This document shows positions 49,233 through 59,556 of a stretch of DNA of 64,000 nt, piece after piece (positions within the stretch are counted from its first letter, which is position 1; each line of letters opens with the position of its first letter). The position numbers and the translations under genes were made by a program. The notes below the pieces were generated by a model, which made no database searches, was not told the DNA's origin, and saw only the letters and a list, made by a program, of their open reading frames with translations. The stretch lies in NCBI GenBank assembly GCA_963665115.1, contig OY762007.1, positions 4,320,001 through 4,384,000 of the forward strand, given 5' to 3'. The DNA is from an uncultured Rivularia sp. (GTDB lineage: Bacteria; Cyanobacteriota; Cyanobacteriia; Cyanobacteriales; Nostocaceae).

Positions 49233-49499
49233 ATGGCTGATATTTTAACGAATTATGACTTAAGTGGAATGGTAAATAGTTTAATGGCTGGTGACTTAAA
49301 TTTACTGACGGGTTTTATCTGGTTTATTATCGCAACCCTTGTATCAATGGTTGGTGGTGCGATTGGGGGAATGCTGTTAGCAGGAGAAGAATTAGGATAT
49401 AATTTCGCTGCTATTTTAGGCGGATTATTTGGTCCTGCTGGAGTGATTCCCGGAGCAATTTTAGGGCTAATAGTTTTAAATTTATTAAGTAGTTTCTAG
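49233..49499 (+). CDS. Small membrane protein of the hyp cluster
   Basis: Gly-rich TMs, GGLFGPAG. Confidence 0.75.
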   Translation: MADILTNYDLSGMVNSLMAGDLNLLTGFIWFIIATLVSMVGGAIGGMLLAGEELGYNFAAILGGLFGPAGVIPGAILGLIVLNLLSSF

Positions 49500-49507
49500 G
49501 TGTAATT

Positions 49508-49732
49508 ATGTTAGAGATAGGTTGGTTTTCCGCAAAATTATTTTTAAAAGGAAAGCTAATGCGGGATGGTATGTATTATGTAAGACAAACATCAATTGGC
49601 ATTAGCATAACTTTCGGAATACTATTTGTACTCGCACAAACAAACATTCCTTTTTGGGTACCGGTAGTATTATCTAGCTTCGTCGGTGGTGTATTTATGC
49701 CATTTTTACTCAAAGATTTGAAAATGAAATGA
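49508..49732 (+). CDS. Small membrane protein of the hyp cluster
   Basis: MLEIGWFSAKLF...MPFLLKDLKMK. Confidence 0.75.
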   Translation: MLEIGWFSAKLFLKGKLMRDGMYYVRQTSIGISITFGILFVLAQTNIPFWVPVVLSSFVGGVFMPFLLKDLKMK

Positions 49733-49910
49733 GTTAGTTGTTAGTGGATAGTTGTTAGTTGGTAGCGATATATTAATATATTGTATTCAAATTGATTTCC
49801 AAGCCCGTATTTCATTTGGGATACTCCCGTTTAATTTTGCTTCAACATTTCTATATTATTAAAAAAAATCCACTAACAACTATCTACTAACAACTAAGAA
49901 CTATCTTCTA

Positions 49911-50384
49911 ATGAACATAAAAGAATTAGTAGAAGAAATCAACCGTTTTGAAGCAATAGTCTCAGAATGGGATGAAAGTCAGCGATGTGTTGCCGCAGGT
50001 TTAAAGCGAGCAATTGAGGATTTACATAAAGAAGCTTTAACGCGGATGATCAAAAGCTTAAAAAAAGATTCGATGTCAGCTTTAAAAAATGCCGTTAAAG
50101 ATGAAGTTGTTTATGGATTGCTTGTATATCACGAATTAGTGAAACCACCGACACCAACTTTAATAAAACGAATTGAAACTGCTCTCGATGCAATTCGCCC
50201 TAGCTTACAAACTCATTCCGGGGATGTGGAATTAATAGGTGTTAAAGAAGCAGATACTGTAGAAGTTAAGTTAATTGGAACTTGTGGTAATTGCCCATCT
50301 TCGACATTAACTTTATCCCAACTCGTTGAAACCGCAATTAAAGAATATTGTCCGGAAATCAAACAGGTTGTATCAGTCAAATAA
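49911..50384 (+). CDS. NifU-C/Nfu domain protein
   Basis: IRPSLQTHSGDVEL, GTCGNCPSS. Confidence 0.88.
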   Translation: MNIKELVEEINRFEAIVSEWDESQRCVAAGLKRAIEDLHKEALTRMIKSLKKDSMSALKNAVKDEVVYGLLVYHELVKPPTPTLIKRIETALDAIRPSLQTHSGDVELIGVKEADTVEVKLIGTCGNCPSSTLTLSQLVETAIKEYCPEIKQVVSVK

Positions 50385-50459
50385 ATTTGATTTATTAAAA
50401 GTTCGTATTAAGGATTTTAGCCCTTACTACAAAGCTATAAAAAATACTATTAAACATCA

Positions 50460-51602
50460 ATGTCAAAAATATTGAAAGCAAATGCAGAAATTATTTTAGG
50501 AAAAAGTCTAAAACCAAATGAATTAGCTGTACCTCTAGCACCAAGCAATATAGAAATGTTTGGTCCTCGTGCTGCTTGTTTAATTTCAGAAACTGGCCCT
50601 TTATGGGTATCAGATACGGGACATCATCGATTATTAGGATGGCGAAATTTACCAACTATAGATAGTCAACCTGCTGATTGGGTAATTGGACAACCAAATT
50701 TTAATTCGGAAGGACAAAATGCTAAAGGTAAAACTGGAAAAAACACTTTAAATGTTCCCACTGGAATCTGTGGCTGTGGTGAAGGATTGGCTGTTGCTGA
50801 TGCTTGGAATCACCGGGTTTTAATTTGGAAGACTTTACCTGAAGATAGTAATGTTCCGGCAGATTTAGTATTAGGACAAGCTGATTTTAACAACAATCAA
50901 CCCAATCGCGGAAGTTCAACAGCAGCAGCAAATACTTTAAACTGGTGTTATGGAGTTTTCTATCATCAAGAAAAGCTATTTGTTGCCGATACGGGAAATC
51001 GTCGTCTGCTAATTTGGCATCAGTTACCTGAAGAAAACGGACAGCCAGCGGATGTGGTTTTAGGACAAACCGATATGGAATCACGCGATGAAAACGGTGG
51101 TGGTAATCCTACTGCTTCTACTATGCGTTGGTGTCACGATATTACCGTTTGGGATAATAATTTGGTTGTCACCGATGCGGGTAATAATCGTGTGATGATT
51201 TGGCAAGGAATACCTACAGAAAACAATGCTCCTTGTACGGTAGTTACAGGGCAAAAAACTTTTGATTTAGTAGAAATGAATCAAGGAGTTTATTTTCCCA
51301 AAGCAGATAGTTTAAGTATGCCTTATGGTGTTGCTGCTACTCAAGATTGGTTATTAGTTAGCGATACAGCTAATTCTCGCTTATTAGCCTGGAAAAAACC
51401 ATCATCAATTTTATCGTTACAAGGTGCTGATGCTGATTTAGTAATTGGACAAAATAATTTTCATAGCAAAGGAGAAAATCGTGATTATGGATTACCAAGC
51501 CGTGATAGTTTAAATTGGTCTTATGGCGTTAATGTGCATAATAATACAGCAGTTATAGCCGATTCTGGAAATAATAGAGTTTTATTGTGGAAAATTAGTT
51601 AG
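50460..51602 (+). CDS. NHL-repeat protein
   Basis: Repeated VADTGNNRVL.W and ADLVLGQ. Confidence 0.88.
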   Translation: MSKILKANAEIILGKSLKPNELAVPLAPSNIEMFGPRAACLISETGPLWVSDTGHHRLLGWRNLPTIDSQPADWVIGQPNFNSEGQNAKGKTGKNTLNVPTGICGCGEGLAVADAWNHRVLIWKTLPEDSNVPADLVLGQADFNNNQPNRGSSTAAANTLNWCYGVFYHQEKLFVADTGNRRLLIWHQLPEENGQPADVVLGQTDMESRDENGGGNPTASTMRWCHDITVWDNNLVVTDAGNNRVMIWQGIPTENNAPCTVVTGQKTFDLVEMNQGVYFPKADSLSMPYGVAATQDWLLVSDTANSRLLAWKKPSSILSLQGADADLVIGQNNFHSKGENRDYGLPSRDSLNWSYGVNVHNNTAVIADSGNNRVLLWKIS

Positions 51603-51621
51603 CAATACCCTATAAGGGTAT

Positions 51622-51711
51622 CGCTACATGAACAAAGCCTGCCTTCGCAGGCTGTAACTTCTTTAGCCTGTGGAAGCAGGCTTGGTAATTGTAGCCCCAG
51701 GCTTATAGCCC
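51622..51711. repeat. REP-like palindromic element
   Basis: AGCCTGCCTTCGCAGGCT and AGCCTGTGGAAGCAGGCT hairpins; related half-copy near 59410-59440. Confidence 0.55.
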
Positions 51712-51742
51712 TATGGCTGTCGTTTTGCTAAAAGCTTCAACC

Positions 51743-54103
51743 ATGTATACTGAAGAAATTAGAATTCGCGGTACAGTTCAAGGAGTCGGTTTTCGTCCTA
51801 CAGTTTACCGTATTGCTAAAGATTTAAAATTAAACGGTGATGTTTGTAATGACGGTGAAGGTGTATTAATAAGAGTATGTGGTAATAAGGAATCTATAGA
51901 CGAATTTATCAAAAAAATACAGCAACAATCTCCTCGTTTAGCAAATATAAATCGATTAACGCGAACTCATTTTCAACAAGAATTAGTATTTAATGATTTC
52001 GTAATTTCTGATAGTATTGATACCGCAATAAAAACACAAATTGTCCCCGATGCTGCTACTTGTGAGGATTGCAAACAAGAAGTTTTCGACCCTTTAAGTC
52101 GTTATTATCGCTACCCTTTTACAAACTGCACTCATTGCGGTCCCCGACTTAGTATCATTAACGCTATTCCTTACGACCGTCATAACACCAGCATGAGGAT
52201 GTTTGCAATGTGTCCGCAATGCAGCGAGGAATACGCAGACATAGAAAATCGTCGCTTTCACGCACAACCAGTAGCTTGCTATACTTGCGGTCCTCAAGCA
52301 TGGTTAGAGCGTGCTGATGGAAAACCCATTACAGCTGCGATGTTTTCGATGTTAGATGATGTCGATGCTGTCTGTACTTTATTACAAAAAGGTGAAATAG
52401 TAGCAATTAAAGGTTTAGGTGGATTCCATCTTGCTTGCGATGCTACCAATCATCAAGCTGTAGAAAAACTTCGTCAAAGGAAGCAGCGTGACGATAAACC
52501 CTTCGCCTTGATGGCAAGAGATATAGAAATAATCGAAAAATACTGCAAACCAACACCCAAAGAAAAAGAACTACTCGAAAGCGCGATCGCACCAATTGTC
52601 TTAATTAATTCCCCCTCTCCCCCTCTTTCCCCCTCAATCGCACCAAGACAAAACACTTTAGGGTTCATGCTACCTTATACACCTTTGCATCACTTAATTC
52701 TCAGGAGAATGAATCGTCCAATTGTGTTAACTAGCGGTAATATTTCCGACGAGCCGCAATGTATTGATAATAATGAAGCACGAGAAAAATTAAGCAAAAT
52801 CGCTGATTATTTTCTGTTTCATAATAGAGACATTATTAACCAAGTTGATGATTCGGTGGTAAGAGTTGTAGGAGAGAAATTACAAATTATTCGCAGGGCT
52901 AGAGGATACGCACCAGCACCAATTAATTTACCATTAGGCTTTGAAAATATTCCGCAAATTTTAGCAATGGGTAGCGAGTTAAAAAATACCTTTTGTTTAT
53001 TGCGAGATGGAAAAGCAATTTTATCTCAACACTTAGGAGATTTAGCAAGCTCTACAGTTTTTGAAAACTATCAAGATACGCTTAATTTATATTTAAATTT
53101 ATTTGAACATCAACCGGAAGCTATCGCTGTAGATAAACATCCGGAATATTTATCAACCAAATTGGGTAAAGAATTAGCAGTTGCAAATCAAATAAAACTC
53201 TATAATATTCAACATCACCACGCCCATATAGCAGCCTGTATGTTAGAAAACAGCTTACCTTTAGACTCTGCGCCTGTTTTAGGTATTGGATTAGACGGCT
53301 TGGGTTACGGTGAAGATAATACCCTGTGGGGAGGAGAATTTTTATTAGCTGATTATCATAACTTTACCAGATTAGCTACATTTAAACCCGTTCCTTTAAT
53401 AGGAAGCGAACAAGCTACTAATCAACCTTGGCGTAATACCTACGCGCAATTGAGTTCGGCATTTGATTGGTTAGATATAAAACAAAAATATGGCAACTTA
53501 GAAATAGTAAAATACCTAGAGCAAAAACCACTTCAGCTTCTGAAAGAATTAAAAGAAAAATCATTAAATACACCCTTAACATCATCCACGGGAAGATTGT
53601 TTGATGCAGTAGCAGCAGCCATCGGAATTTGCCGAGAACAATGTAGCTACGAAGGACAAGCAGCAATAGAAATGGAAGCATTAATAGATGAAAAGCTATT
53701 AAATCAACGTAAAGAAACGCTAACTTATCCATTTAAACTTAACTTTTTAGATAGCATTCATTATATAGACCCACATCCCATGTGGAAAGCACTCCTTAAA
53801 GATTTACAGCAACAAACCTCTAAAAAAATCATCGCTGAAAAATTTCATGTAGGATTAGCGATCGCCATTGTCGAAACAGTAAATACTCTCCGTAAAAAAC
53901 ACTCAATCAAGCAAGTAGCCCTCACCGGAGGAGTATTTCAAAATCGTATTTTGCTAACACAAGTAACCAACCGCTTGCAAGCATCCGGAATCAAAGTACT
54001 CACCCACAGCTTAGTTCCCTGCAACGACGGCGGATTATCACTAGGGCAAGCCGTAATTGCAGCAGCGAGATGGGGAGAAGGGAAGAGGGGGAAGAGGGGG
54101 TAG
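51743..54103 (+). CDS. hypF: Carbamoyltransferase HypF
   Basis: GTVQGVGFRP, zinc fingers, QHHHAH, NDGGLSLGQ. Confidence 0.97.
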   Translation: MYTEEIRIRGTVQGVGFRPTVYRIAKDLKLNGDVCNDGEGVLIRVCGNKESIDEFIKKIQQQSPRLANINRLTRTHFQQELVFNDFVISDSIDTAIKTQIVPDAATCEDCKQEVFDPLSRYYRYPFTNCTHCGPRLSIINAIPYDRHNTSMRMFAMCPQCSEEYADIENRRFHAQPVACYTCGPQAWLERADGKPITAAMFSMLDDVDAVCTLLQKGEIVAIKGLGGFHLACDATNHQAVEKLRQRKQRDDKPFALMARDIEIIEKYCKPTPKEKELLESAIAPIVLINSPSPPLSPSIAPRQNTLGFMLPYTPLHHLILRRMNRPIVLTSGNISDEPQCIDNNEAREKLSKIADYFLFHNRDIINQVDDSVVRVVGEKLQIIRRARGYAPAPINLPLGFENIPQILAMGSELKNTFCLLRDGKAILSQHLGDLASSTVFENYQDTLNLYLNLFEHQPEAIAVDKHPEYLSTKLGKELAVANQIKLYNIQHHHAHIAACMLENSLPLDSAPVLGIGLDGLGYGEDNTLWGGEFLLADYHNFTRLATFKPVPLIGSEQATNQPWRNTYAQLSSAFDWLDIKQKYGNLEIVKYLEQKPLQLLKELKEKSLNTPLTSSTGRLFDAVAAAIGICREQCSYEGQAAIEMEALIDEKLLNQRKETLTYPFKLNFLDSIHYIDPHPMWKALLKDLQQQTSKKIIAEKFHVGLAIAIVETVNTLRKKHSIKQVALTGGVFQNRILLTQVTNRLQASGIKVLTHSLVPCNDGGLSLGQAVIAAARWGEGKRGKRG

Positions 54104-54164
54104 AGGGGGTAGAGGGGGTAGAAAAAATCATTTTGTAGTGGGGGCATCTTGCTCCCTAGCTGCT

Positions 54165-54254
54165 CTCAATACCCAATACCCAATCCCCCATGCCCGATGC
54201 CCAATGCCCCATTCCCAATTAACAATTACCAATTACCAATTACCAATTACCAAT
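54165..54254. repeat. STRR heptamer arrays
   Basis: CCCAATA/CCCAATG/TTACCAA tandems; similar arrays near 54520, 55697, 57200 and 63462-63585. Confidence 0.85.
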
Positions 54255-54259
54255 AAAAT

Positions 54260-54514
54260 ATGTGTCTAGGAATACCAGGAAAAATAATAGAAATAAACGA
54301 CGTAACAAACAAACTTGCAACAGTTGAAGTTAGCGGAGTAAAACGTCAAGTTAACATTGCCTGCATCGTAGACGAACAACATCCCCCCGAATCATGCATT
54401 GGAGATTGGGTATTAGTTCACGTTGGTTTTGCAATGAATCGAATTAACGAAAAAGACGCAAAAGAAACGCTACAGCTACTTCAAGAAATAGCCGAATTAA
54501 TGGTTGATTACTAA
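54260..54514 (+). CDS. hypC: HypC
   Basis: MCLGIPG, WVLVHVGFA. Confidence 0.97.
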   Translation: MCLGIPGKIIEINDVTNKLATVEVSGVKRQVNIACIVDEQHPPESCIGDWVLVHVGFAMNRINEKDAKETLQLLQEIAELMVDY

Positions 54515-54600
54515 GCTTAAAGGTCAAAGGTCAAAAGTCAAAGGTTAAAGATTATAATTCTCCTTGTCTCCCCAATTACCAATTACCAATTACCCCTGCG

Positions 54601-55701
54601 ATGAAATACGTAGACGAATTCCGAGACATTTACAAAGCCGAAGCCTTAGAATGGCAAATTCAAAAGTTAGGAAACTTACTTAAAAAACCCGTCAAAATCA
54701 TGGAAGTTTGCGGGGGACATACGCATTCAATTTTCAAATATGGCATTGAAGAACTTTTACCCTCTTCAGTTGAATTGATACATGGTCCCGGTTGTCCTGT
54801 ATGCGTAATGCCAAAAGGTAGAATAGATGATGCTATTTATATTGCCCAGAATCCAAACGTCATTTTAACAACTTTTGGCGATACAATGCGGGTTCCTGGT
54901 TCAAAATTCAGCTTGCTGCAAGCCAGAGCAAGTGGTGCTGATATTCGCATGGTTTATTCGCCATTAGATTGTTTGCAAATTGCCAAAAATAACCCCGAAA
55001 AAGAAGTTGTATTCTTTGCAATTGGCTTTGAAACCACCGCACCAAGTACGGCTTTTACAATATTGCAAGCAGCGGCAGAAAACATTAATAATTTTAGTAT
55101 GTTTTGCAATCACGTCTTAGTGATTCCGGCATTAAAAGCATTATTAGATAATCCTGACTTGCAGTTAGATGGTTTTGTAGGACCAGGTCATGTCAGTATG
55201 GTAATTGGGACAAATCCTTATGAGTTTATTTCCCAAGAATATAAAAAACCAATCGTGATTTCCGGCTTTGAACCTTTAGATATTTTACAATCGATTTGGA
55301 TGCTATTGTGGCAACTTGTAGAAAATCGCTGCGAAGTTGAAAATCAATATAGCCGTTTAGTTGAAACAGAAGGAAATCAACAAGCAATCGAAGCTATAAA
55401 TAAAGTATTTGAAGTAAGAAAAACTTTTGAATGGAGAGGTTTAGACGAAATACCATACTCCGGCTTAAAAATTAGTTCCGAATATGCCAAATTCGACGCT
55501 GAAACAAAATTTACCATTCCCAATCTTAAAATATCCGATCATAAAGCCTGTCAATGTGGAGAAATCCTCAAAGGAGTTTTAAAACCTTGGGAATGCAAAG
55601 TATTTGGAACAGCTTGCACCCCAGAAAAACCAATTGGTTCCTGTATGGTTTCTTCCGAAGGTGCCTGTGCAGCTTATTACAAATACGGTAAAAATCAGTG
55701 A
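54601..55701 (+). CDS. hypD: HypD
   Basis: MEVCGGH, GPGCPVC, GFETT, MVSSEGAC. Confidence 0.97.
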   Translation: MKYVDEFRDIYKAEALEWQIQKLGNLLKKPVKIMEVCGGHTHSIFKYGIEELLPSSVELIHGPGCPVCVMPKGRIDDAIYIAQNPNVILTTFGDTMRVPGSKFSLLQARASGADIRMVYSPLDCLQIAKNNPEKEVVFFAIGFETTAPSTAFTILQAAAENINNFSMFCNHVLVIPALKALLDNPDLQLDGFVGPGHVSMVIGTNPYEFISQEYKKPIVISGFEPLDILQSIWMLLWQLVENRCEVENQYSRLVETEGNQQAIEAINKVFEVRKTFEWRGLDEIPYSGLKISSEYAKFDAETKFTIPNLKISDHKACQCGEILKGVLKPWECKVFGTACTPEKPIGSCMVSSEGACAAYYKYGKNQ

Positions 55702-55768
55702 ACAGTGAGCAGTGAACAGTGAACAGTTATCATTCATTCACCTTTGACCTTTAACCTTTAACCTAATT

Positions 55769-55984
55769 ATGCCATTCATTACTATTCAAATTGCAAAAGG
55801 ACATTCCATCGAAAAGAAACGAGAATTAGCCAAAGCTATTACCGAGGCAATGGTTTCTACAATGGGTACAAAACCCGAATGGGTAACGATTCATATCGAT
55901 GAATTTGAACGCGATAATTGGTCAGTTGGAGGTACTTTACATTCCGATAAACATAAAGGAAGACACGTAGAGAAAGGTGTGTAA
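55769..55984 (+). CDS. 4-oxalocrotonate tautomerase family protein
   Basis: N-terminal Pro; WSVGG. Confidence 0.88.
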   Translation: MPFITIQIAKGHSIEKKRELAKAITEAMVSTMGTKPEWVTIHIDEFERDNWSVGGTLHSDKHKGRHVEKGV

Positions 55985-56102
55985 TAAACAATTTATTACT
56001 AATGTAGAGACGGCGTAGACAGTGCAACGTCTCCCTCCCTATGTTTAAATTTATATCAATAATTTTGTATAGCAAATATTTATAACTTATCAAATATAAA
56101 AA

Positions 56103-57194
56103 ATGCCAACCTCTCCACAAAACAAATTTTTTAAAAATCTCGAAAAAAACCGGCAACGAAAAGCCAAAGTAACAGATACTCATATCACACTGGCGCATGG
56201 TAGCGGTGGAAAAGCCATGCGGGATTTGATTGATGATATTTTTGTTACTACTTTTAATAATCCCACTTTATCTCAATTAGAAGATCAAGCAAAATTTTAT
56301 TTAGCAACCTTGATGCAGCTTGGAGATAAATTAGCTTTTACAACTGATTCTTATGTTGTAGATCCTTTATTTTTTCCCGGCAGCAACATTGGTGAATTAG
56401 CTATTAATGGTACTGTCAATGACTTAGCCGTTGGTGGTGCTAAACCTTTATATTTAACCTGTAGCGTAATTTTAGAAGAAGGTTTATCTGTTGAAACATT
56501 GCGGCAAGTTGCTCAAAGTATGCAAGCAGCAGCACAAAAAGCAAACGTACAAATTGTCACTGGAGATACAAAAGTTGTTCAACGAGGTGCTGTAGATAAA
56601 CTGTTTATCAACACAACTGGAATTGGCGTTATTCGTTCTAATATTTGTATCTCTGTTAGCAATATAAAACCCGGAGATGCGATAATTATTAATGGTGAAA
56701 TAGGAAATCATGGTACGGCAATTTTAATTGCTCGTGGGGAATTAGCGTTAGAATCCGAGATTAAAAGCGATTGTCAGCCATTGCACGATTTAGTTGCAAA
56801 AATACTCGATGTTTGTCCCCATATTCATGCAATGCGAGATGCAACCAGAGGTGGTTTAGCTACTGTTTTAAATGAATTTGCCTTAACTTCAAATGTAGGA
56901 ATCCGTCTTAAAGAAGAATCGATTCCCATTCGCGAAGAAGTCAAAGGAGTTTGCGAAATCTTAGGTTTAGAACCATATTATTTAGCAAACGAAGGTAAAT
57001 TAGTAGTAGTTTTAGCCAGCGAAAATGCATCCAAAGTATTATCAGCAATGAAATCGCATCCAGCAGGAAAAAATGCTGCAATTATCGGAGAAGTAACCGA
57101 CTCACCTCAAGGAATAGTATCTTTAAAAACCGGCTTCGGTGCCGAAAGAATAATTGATATGTTAGTTGGCGAGCAATTACCAAGAATTTGCTAA
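56103..57194 (+). CDS. hypE: HypE
   Basis: AHGSGG, TTDSYVV, C-terminal PRIC. Confidence 0.97.
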   Translation: MPTSPQNKFFKNLEKNRQRKAKVTDTHITLAHGSGGKAMRDLIDDIFVTTFNNPTLSQLEDQAKFYLATLMQLGDKLAFTTDSYVVDPLFFPGSNIGELAINGTVNDLAVGGAKPLYLTCSVILEEGLSVETLRQVAQSMQAAAQKANVQIVTGDTKVVQRGAVDKLFINTTGIGVIRSNICISVSNIKPGDAIIINGEIGNHGTAILIARGELALESEIKSDCQPLHDLVAKILDVCPHIHAMRDATRGGLATVLNEFALTSNVGIRLKEESIPIREEVKGVCEILGLEPYYLANEGKLVVVLASENASKVLSAMKSHPAGKNAAIIGEVTDSPQGIVSLKTGFGAERIIDMLVGEQLPRIC

Positions 57195-57246
57195 TAAATT
57201 GGGGATTGGGCATTGGGCATTGGTAATTGGGCATGGGTAGTGCAAT

Positions 57247-57626
57247 TTTGTAGTGCGGGCATCTTGCCCGCTATTAAAACCAGGGAGTAAGATTTTCTGC
57301 TATTAAAACTAGGGAGTAAGATTTTCTGCTATTAAAACCAGGGAGTAAGATTTTCTGCTATTAAAACCAGGGAGTAAGATTTTCTGCTATTAAAACCAGG
57401 GAGTAAGATTTTCTGCTATTAAAACCAGGGAGTAAGATTTTCTGCTATTAAAACCAGGGAGTAAGATTTTCTGCTATTAAAACCAGGGAGTAAGATTTTC
57501 TGCTATTAAAACCAGGGAGTAAGATTTTCTGCTATTAAAACTAGGGAGTAAGATTTTCTGCTATTAAAACTAGGGAGCAAGATTTTCTGCTATTAAAACC
57601 AGGGAGCAAGATGCTCCCACTACAAA
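57247..57626. repeat. 29-bp tandem array (11 full + 1 partial) inside a REP-like inverted repeat
   Basis: Unit GCTATTAAAAC(C/T)AGGGAG(T/C)AAGATTTTCT from 57270; 26-bp inverted arms at 57247-57272 and 57601-57626. Confidence 0.95.
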
Positions 57627-57679
57627 TATTTTCGAGCATTGATAATTGATAATTGATAATTGTTCACTGGTAACTGAAA

Positions 57680-58021
57680 ATGCACGAACTTGGAGTTACT
57701 CAAAATATAGTATCAATTGTTGTCGAACACGCTGAAGGTAAAAAAGTCCAGCGAGTTTTGTTAGAAATTGGCAAATTATCGGCAATTATGCCGGATGCCG
57801 TAGAATTTTGTTTTGATATTTGTTCTCAAGGAACGGTTTTAGAAAAGGCAAAGTTAGAAATTATTGAAATTCCCGGTTTGGCTGTTTGTCGTCAATGCGG
57901 TACGAAAATTCCTTTGGAAAAACCTTTTGGAAAATGTAATTGTGGCAGTCAGCAGTTAGATTTAATCGCTGGGGAAGAATTGAAAATCAAGGAAATAGAA
58001 GTAGAAGAATTATGTGTGTAA
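57680..58021 (+). CDS. hypA: HypA
   Basis: MHELG, CRQC, CNCGS, GEEL. Confidence 0.96.
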   Translation: MHELGVTQNIVSIVVEHAEGKKVQRVLLEIGKLSAIMPDAVEFCFDICSQGTVLEKAKLEIIEIPGLAVCRQCGTKIPLEKPFGKCNCGSQQLDLIAGEELKIKEIEVEELCV

Positions 58022-58849
58022 CCTGCGGTTGTTCGGATGATAGCGCTAAAATTACTCATCCTCAAACGGGTGAAGTTGTAGCCGTTAATTCTCATAATGA
58101 TGGACATCATACTCATACCTTACCCGATGGTACGATAATCAATCATTCTCATAGCCACGAGAAGTTTAACGATGCATCAATTCACGCCAAAATACATAAT
58201 ACAACGATATCTTTAGAACAAAATATTTTAGCTAAAAATGATTTGATAGCAGCCCAAAATCGCGGATGGTTTAAGGGTAGAAATATTTTAGCTTTAAATT
58301 TGATGAGTTCTCCCGGCTCTGGAAAAACAACTTTATTAACTCGCACTATTAACGATTTAAAAAGTAAACTAACTATTAGTGTAATTGAAGGCGATCAAGA
58401 AACAATCAACGATGCCAAAAAAATAGAAGCAACTGGCTGTAAAGTTGTACAAATAAATACCGGAAACTGGCTGTCATCTCGATGCATTGATGGTAGAAAA
58501 AGGTTTACAACAGCTTAATCCCAGCATTGATTCGGTAGTAGCGATCGAAAATGTCGGAAATTTAGTTTGTCCGGCTTTATTTGATTTAGGAGAACAAGCA
58601 AAAGTGGTCATTCTTTCCGTTACCGAAGGAGAAGATAAACCAATCAAATATCCTCATATTTTCCGCGCTAGTAATGTAATGATAATTACGAAAATAGATT
58701 TATTACCTTACGTACAATTTGATGTAGAAAAATGTATCGAATATGCACGACAAGTTAATCCTGATATGCGGATTTTTCAAGTTTCCGCAGTCACGGAAGA
58801 TGGGTTAAAAGATTGGTATGAATGGTTAGAAATGCAAGTTAGAAGTTAA
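58012..58849 (+). CDS. hypB: HypB (+1 frameshift at 58464-58466)
   Basis: MCVTCGC, His-rich region, SSPGSGKT; NTGTGCHLDA broken by an extra A; ENVGNLVCP, TKIDL. Confidence 0.93.
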
Positions 58850-58986
58850 TAATCAAGTTCGATAGTAAGCAACAATACTCGATTTACTAACTGCATCACT
58901 ACGCGGAATGAAACTAATAATATCGCCGCAAAAATCGCGAACAGTGGCATTAAAAAGTACCACGTACTAATACCTAATATTTCCAT
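58846..58986 (-). CDS. 46-aa hydrophobic small protein
   Basis: MEILGISTWYFLMPLFAIFAAILLVSFRVVMQLVNRVLLLTIELDY (manual read). Confidence 0.45.
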   Translation of the reverse strand: MEILGISTWYFLMPLFAIFAAILLVSFRVVMQLVNRVLLLTIELDY

Positions 58987-59556
58987 AATTATTTATTGTC
59001 AATTCTGTTTGTCAAAATTTATCTTCTCAATCTAAGCTTAGATTAGATAATAAAAAGAGTTAAAAAGCTACAAAATAAATAATTTTATAGTTAGTTTATA
59101 CAATTATCTAAACTATTTATATTAAATTATCAGATAAATAGTTGTGTCCTGGTTATTTAAATACAGGTAAATAAACCCATCTTAAGTATTTTTTTGAATA
59201 ATACATACATAAATCTGTCACAATATTTCTACACAAACAACAGTCTTTTTACTTATTTAAAATATTTGGAATCAGATAATATAATTTGCTAAGTAGGTTG
59301 GGTTTGAAAATTTTAATGAAATAAGGGAGTAGGAATTGGGGAGTAGGCTATTAGTACTCCACCAGATCGGTGTTGCGAGTTAATCATATTAAAACATGAT
59401 GAAATAACAGCCCACACAAGTGGGCTTTGTTTGTGTAGCCGAGGCAGTACGAGCAACTGCCGTCTAGACTTCCAGTCTGAGGGTATTTTTATAATTCCCC
59501 AACAACTTGCAAAAAATGCTAAAACCGTGGTACCTTTTTACACCCTTTCCAGAAAT

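Noticed and set aside
54057..54269. ORFs across STRR arrays (also 63310-63544)
   Set aside because: Translations of heptamer repeats
57270..57612. CRISPR array
   Set aside because: Units are head-to-tail with no unique spacers, and there are no cas genes
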